DNA of 63,993 nucleotides, filler included, from Perkinsus olseni (Eukaryota): NCBI GenBank assembly GCA_013115125.1. It is 9 parts of 9 records of this genome, joined end to end, with 100 filler letters (N's around TTAATTAATTAA, not from the genome) between each part and the next. Parts side by side here need not be neighbours in the genome. Positions count along the whole stretch, not along the records: positions 59,032 to 63,993 come from JABANN010001228.1; 8 more parts are not named here. One strand, 5' to 3'. Shown piece by piece: positions 59,032 to 63,993 of this stretch (position 1 is its first letter; each line of letters starts with the position of its first letter). The notes under the pieces were generated by a model. It saw only the letters and a program-made list of their open reading frames with translations, ran no database searches and was not told where the DNA came from. The position numbers and the translations under genes were made by a program.

Positions 59032-61035
59032 GTGGATTAGTGGCTAGGCGTAGCGAAAAAGTGGCCGGGGCGAGCGAATTAGTGGCAGCGAAAAGTTGAT
59101 GGGAATTTCAGAGGAGACGTAATAGACAGCTCAGAAGCCACACCGGTAGGAAGCCTTGAATCTTACTACAACCCGCAAAATGTGACGAAATCCGAAATAT
59201 TAACGAACTGCACATAAGACACTTTTACGTGTAGCGTCCCTTAATAGTTGAGACGTCTGTCGGTAACCGAGCCGGCAGATCGCATCGACTCCGACTCATG
59301 CGAAGGGTTCATGGGGGGGGGGGGAAGTCCGAAAGTCCGAGGGTAGTTTAGGGTCCGAGACCTTGAGGATCCTCAAACCGTCACGGAGTGAGAGTTAAGT
59401 TCTCGCTTATTCTTAAGTTCGACAAACTTGCATTCCGCGTTTCCGGGGTACGTCAAAATGCAGCTCTGTGATTATCGGGACACTCGACAGACTAATTTCG
59501 AGATTCAGAATCTGCCTCAATAAATTCGGTCAAGGGCTCCTGGGTTCAAGTGTTACTGACCACTGAACAGAGGATTTCTCAACTGAGAGGCTCTTCATTA
59601 AGTGGGCACTAATGGAATAATCCGTAAGGGACCCTTCACATCCGGTTAAGGGCTCGATTTCGGGCGCTCAGGGCTGAGTGATTTTCACATGCATAACACA
59701 GTAACTAAGCCGCGCCCAAGATATCAGTCACTTAAGCGAATTCGTAAGGGAGCTGCCGACCTCCCCATAAGTGCTTCGATTTCCCCTCAGGATAAAATGC
59801 CGTGCGTGCGAATCGATCCTCCGCAGGTTTTCGGCATTGGATAAGCGGTCGACTGCTCGCCCATCGCGCCAAAGACGCGGAAGCAACCCCCGAGCAACAG
59901 CGCTTTGAATGCGGCAACTATAAGACTAGCAAAAACTAAACGGATCGTCTGAGGAGAACTTATTCGTGTGGGAATCGAACTCGACCTCTGATTCTCCCCC
60001 AACTCCAATATTCCGCGGAGAGATGAATCGTCCGGGACCCGAGCCCGCGTCAAAAAGGGACCCTTAGGGACCACTTGACCTGAATGGCCCCTGAACTAAC
60101 TGGCCGTAAGTGTCCGAATCTTCAGAAAGGTCCTAAGCAATAAGTGTCGCTTTAGAAAATCCGTTCCTAAATGTTAGTGTTAGTGACACTTTAGTGGAGG
60201 CCGTGTGGGATAGGCCGCAGAAGGCTTCCAGAACATGGCTGAGCGCAATTCTAAGCTGGCTAGCGATGAGCCCTCTTGGCTTCCAGTCCTGCCGAACTTC
60301 CAGTCTGGAAGCCACGAGGAAGTATCCTACGCCTAATTCGATCATGTTGGTTGTGGTATTGGGACTATGGCTAGCCTTCGTCGCAGGAAGCTAAACTACA
60401 AACCATATGGCTAAGCTAACGTTAATGCGAATAAACACGATAAAAATGAAGTGAGCATAACTTATCGGTATCGATTGTACCAGCTGTTTATTATGCATAC
60501 CAACCTCTTCATGGAGCTCTCCTGCATGAAAGCGTCTGAGTACGAGTCAATTTGACTCCTACTCCTTTGACTCAGTCAAAGCCGGTATAGGGTAACCATA
60601 GCCACACGTGGCTTAGTGAACCAGCTTAGTGACAGTGCCGGGATGTAAACTCGCACACATACAGCGAAGTGGACAAGATCACTAGCGTAACGCGGAACAT
60701 CACGATGGTCAGTTCCGAGTAGGTATAGCCGGGCCGACTAAGCCGGCGCTCAGCATCGGATTAAGTGCCATGAAGCGTCGCTATATTGGCACGCGTATCG
60801 ATTGCAGCCATTGAAGCACTCCAAGCTAGTTTCAACCATTCCAAAGTATCATCGTCTATTCTATAGTCTTTTACGTGTTCCAACCGTAGTAGTATTCGGT
60901 ATCCGCATACGGTCCGGTCCTTCAGCTGGTTAACAACGTTCGGGCAATGTTCCTTTATCCATAGTCTTACACCGTGCTCTGAAGGCCCACGCGACGCGAG
61001 TTGAGCTCCACTGTCTCCCTCGCAGCCACCATTTC

Positions 61036-61998
61036 ATGCGATCGACCAGCGGCTGGGTGGAGCCCCCGTCTATGGTAAACAAGCCCTGGCCAGTGGGTAT
61101 CAGCCACCTGCGGCATCTCCCCGAGCGAGTGGAACTGATCTTGCCTTCATTTGTGTCTTGTGTGCTTTCCGTACGCACGCCGACAAGGTCCACTTTCCGC
61201 CGCGGACTCGTGACGCGGAGCACATGTCGCGCTGGCAATGAGAGTTTGTATATGAACACTTCCGTTGGTGAGTATGATCCTTCGGATACTCCCTCTGGAT
61301 TTCTTCGATGGTCGAGACCGGCGTCAGACGAGCCCTCACGGGTTCGCAGATTATCACGTGGTCTCAAAGCTACAACGAAGAGATATCCCGCACATCATCT
61401 GGTCACATGGGCTCTCCTGTTAGGACTACCACTGGCCCTTCTCTTGTGGTACATCTGGACTTTTCGGACCATCGCGTATCGCCTCCCCTGGGTTCTGGAG
61501 ATTTCCATTGAGAGTATGGCCATGGAAGAACACGTTTGGTGCGGTATGATTTCACTCTACCCTGGCTTGCAATACTGTGCACGAGGGACCATAGACTTGC
61601 GGGTACGGAACAGGCTATGGGTGGATCTCACCGTCGTAGGAGCGGACGTTGAATTGGATGCCCTGTTAGTGACCATTTCACAGATCAACCATCGTTTCGA
61701 TGGTTCGGTGACTATCGGGGGACCCATCGACGTCAATGCCATGAGCGAGAGTGTCTTCCCCTCGCCAGCGGTATTATTAGCACATCCCTATACACGCAAC
61801 TCGGCCTGCAAGGTGAGCGACCACTCGATCAAAGTGGAGCTCCATGCGTTGGGATACTATTTCGGGTCCTGGATCTACGTCGGTGGCGTCCAATTCCCGC
61901 CCAACCATCATCAAGACGAGCCAGCCAACACTCTCTCGAATCATGAAGTTGTCGAGACGACTCCTACCGCTATTGGCAATGATCTGCATTGGCGATGA
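61036..61998 (+). CDS. Single-pass membrane protein, possibly LEA_2-like fold; true start may be 61252
   Basis: TM segment LVTWALLLGLPLALLLWYIW followed by beta-rich GTIDLRVRNRLWVDLTVVGADVEL. Confidence 0.5.
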   Translation: MRSTSGWVEPPSMVNKPWPVGISHLRHLPERVELILPSFVSCVLSVRTPTRSTFRRGLVTRSTCRAGNESLYMNTSVGEYDPSDTPSGFLRWSRPASDEPSRVRRLSRGLKATTKRYPAHHLVTWALLLGLPLALLLWYIWTFRTIAYRLPWVLEISIESMAMEEHVWCGMISLYPGLQYCARGTIDLRVRNRLWVDLTVVGADVELDALLVTISQINHRFDGSVTIGGPIDVNAMSESVFPSPAVLLAHPYTRNSACKVSDHSIKVELHALGYYFGSWIYVGGVQFPPNHHQDEPANTLSNHEVVETTPTAIGNDLHWR

Positions 61999-62209
61999 TC
62001 GTTCGCGCTTTGAGCTTATTTTCTTTCAGTCATCTGGAGGAACACCTTCAATTATTCCTACACTCTCACCTTGAGTCTTGCGTTAGGCGGATTACCTGAT
62101 GATCTGACCTGCACGCTGAAACCGCTGAGATTTCTTCTGTCGTGACGTTAGATTTATCATAGTAGTTAACGGCAAATGCGTTAGAGAACTCAAAGCTCAG
62201 CTTTCATGA

Positions 62210-63993
62210 TCAGCATCTCAGTTTGAAGCATCTCGCAGACGCATCAGCACTCGAGCTTATCAGCATCCTCCTTTCTCCACACCAGCTGATGCCAACCGCG
62301 CGATCTGTATGCTCTGACAGCCGAGACCAGCCTAATTTCGTGGCGCGCGACATTATCTTACCGTGTAGCGTACAGTCTGTAGCGTTTGTTCCGTTGATAA
62401 CGATCAGCGAGTGGTCGAAACCCACACTCGCTATCTTCGGTTGCTGACTACCAAAGTCGGTGAGCAAGGCGACAGCCCTGCCAATGACACCATAGTGAAT
62501 TCTCGCCTGGTGTGCAGTCGCACCGGCAGCTGTCGCCATGAGCCTCTCGTCGATAAACAAGAGGCTGTTGGGCCGTCGACCGCGTGTCCCAGATAGCAAC
62601 CGAGCCGTCTTCGTAACCAGCGCCAATGTAGACTGCGGGAATTCAATTCTAGTGGATGGACTAACGCACGGTCGTACCGGCGTCGGAGGAGATGCTCACG
62701 CTGTTGGCGTCTTTGTGAGGATGCACATCCTCAGCGGGCTTCCATACAGGAGAGCATGACCGGAGGGACCTGCGCTGTCGATCACAGACGTCTATAGCAA
62801 GGCGGCTGCACAAGGCCAGACCTTTCGTGTGCGGGCGCAGCTGACGTGCATTACCCCCAGCGTGGGACTCACCACATCGAGACACTTCCGCCGGATGAGC
62901 CAACCGCAACTAGTCCCCCATCTCCTTGTGATCCACAGCTGAGCGACAGTGCCTGAAAATACTCTTGAATAGTCAAGCAAGACGTCTCTCGAGAGGCCCT
63001 ACATTCCCCGCCATGGCCTGCCTCCATCTATGACCGTCTAGCGTCGCCTTACACTTGCCGTTCTCGACCTGACAGGAGCTGAGCGGTACCAGCGGTCAGC
63101 TTGGCCCCTGTCCTTACGTCCCACATACGAACACACTGCTCGTTGCTGGAACCGCTGAGGAAAGTGCTGCAAGTCACCGCACAGACCGTCCGGACGGTCC
63201 CTGAAAGAAACTCGCAGTACACCAACGGCCAGTGCCAGACGTCCCCACAAACCTGCTTGTGGGGTTATCTTCTGCTCACGAGGGCTGACCAGCTCCGCGC
63301 TGTGGTCAAACGACAGGACTTGGACGCTCTGATCGTTGGAGCCCGTTACCAGTAGTGTACTGCCAGGCGACCAGGACATGCAGTATCTGACCCGTCCACA
63401 GCCCGGTGGATGCCTCCTCTCGGTCGGGTGGTACATCGAGCCAGCGTGGTATCGATCCCGTCTCAACAACTCCTCAGTCTCTCCGTCCTCTATGGCCGCC
63501 GAGTCAAATACTATCAACGACCGGCTGTTGGTACCTATGGTGGCCAACTCGGAACCAGGCTACGTGCCGAGGCCTACCTATGCCAAGATACCGGGCACAG
63601 GAACTAAAGGATACACAGCGGATAGCCTGTGTGTCTTCATACTGCCAGATCTGGGTCACTTCTATGTGCTCCTGTATCGGGCCACCCGGACTGCTACGAG
63701 AGGCTTCCCCATCCAGAGTCGAGCCTGCCGAGACTGAGCGATGTGGCTTCTTCCGTTAACCTCACCTGTCCGAACGCTTGGTCGACGACTCCTATTCCCT
63801 TCCATCGAGGTAGACTGTCTAGGAGGTGTTGCTTGCCCGTGCGAGCTAGCGTTGGACTGACGGTGTAACTACCAAGACACTCAGCTGAAAGGAACTCGAC
63901 GGTGGCGCCGCTCGAGCGGGACATACACCCCTCCACAAATTCTTAGCATATCCGGTTTTTCGACTCGTGCACTGTCACCTGGACGAGTACGGA
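62210..63993 (-). CDS. WD40 repeat protein, WDR47-like, multi-exon; 5' end probably outside the window
   Basis: IGTNSRSL, YHAGSM/YCMSWSPGSTLLVTGSNDQSVQVL, IASVGFDHSL, EHTDRAVGISW...LISSSADASARCF. Confidence 0.75.

Overview
The window is not one locus. It is nine short contigs (about 7.2-7.3 kb each, the last one cut off by the window edge) joined by artificial 100-nt N/TTAATTAATTAA/N linkers. The sequence is eukaryotic and compact, with many GT-AG introns of about 45-60 nt and lineage-specific secreted families; this fits a Perkinsus-like alveolate (inference only). Recognisable genes: ADP/ATP carrier, actin-related protein, PPR protein, protoporphyrinogen oxidase-like FAD enzyme, MINDY-3/4 deubiquitinase, WDR47-like WD40 protein, a small prokaryote-like membrane protein and several secreted hypotheticals. 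Mobile and repeat content: a near-complete BEL/Pao-like LTR retrotransposon, a Gag-RRM ORF, a MULE transposase locus, a TIR-bounded segment and a decayed tRNA-Ala tandem array. The strongest unexplained signal is a set of about 12 scars with one geometry, X(1-7) + revcomp(X) + X(2-8), where X is an 8-mer, sometimes with longer palindromic tails. This is what hairpin (P-nucleotide) excision of an 8-bp-TSD transposon predicts. One scar inactivates a tRNA copy, one adds 16 in-frame residues to a secreted protein, and one splits what reconstructs as a single ~1350-aa PHD-RING-FLYWCH-like-MULE transposase gene.
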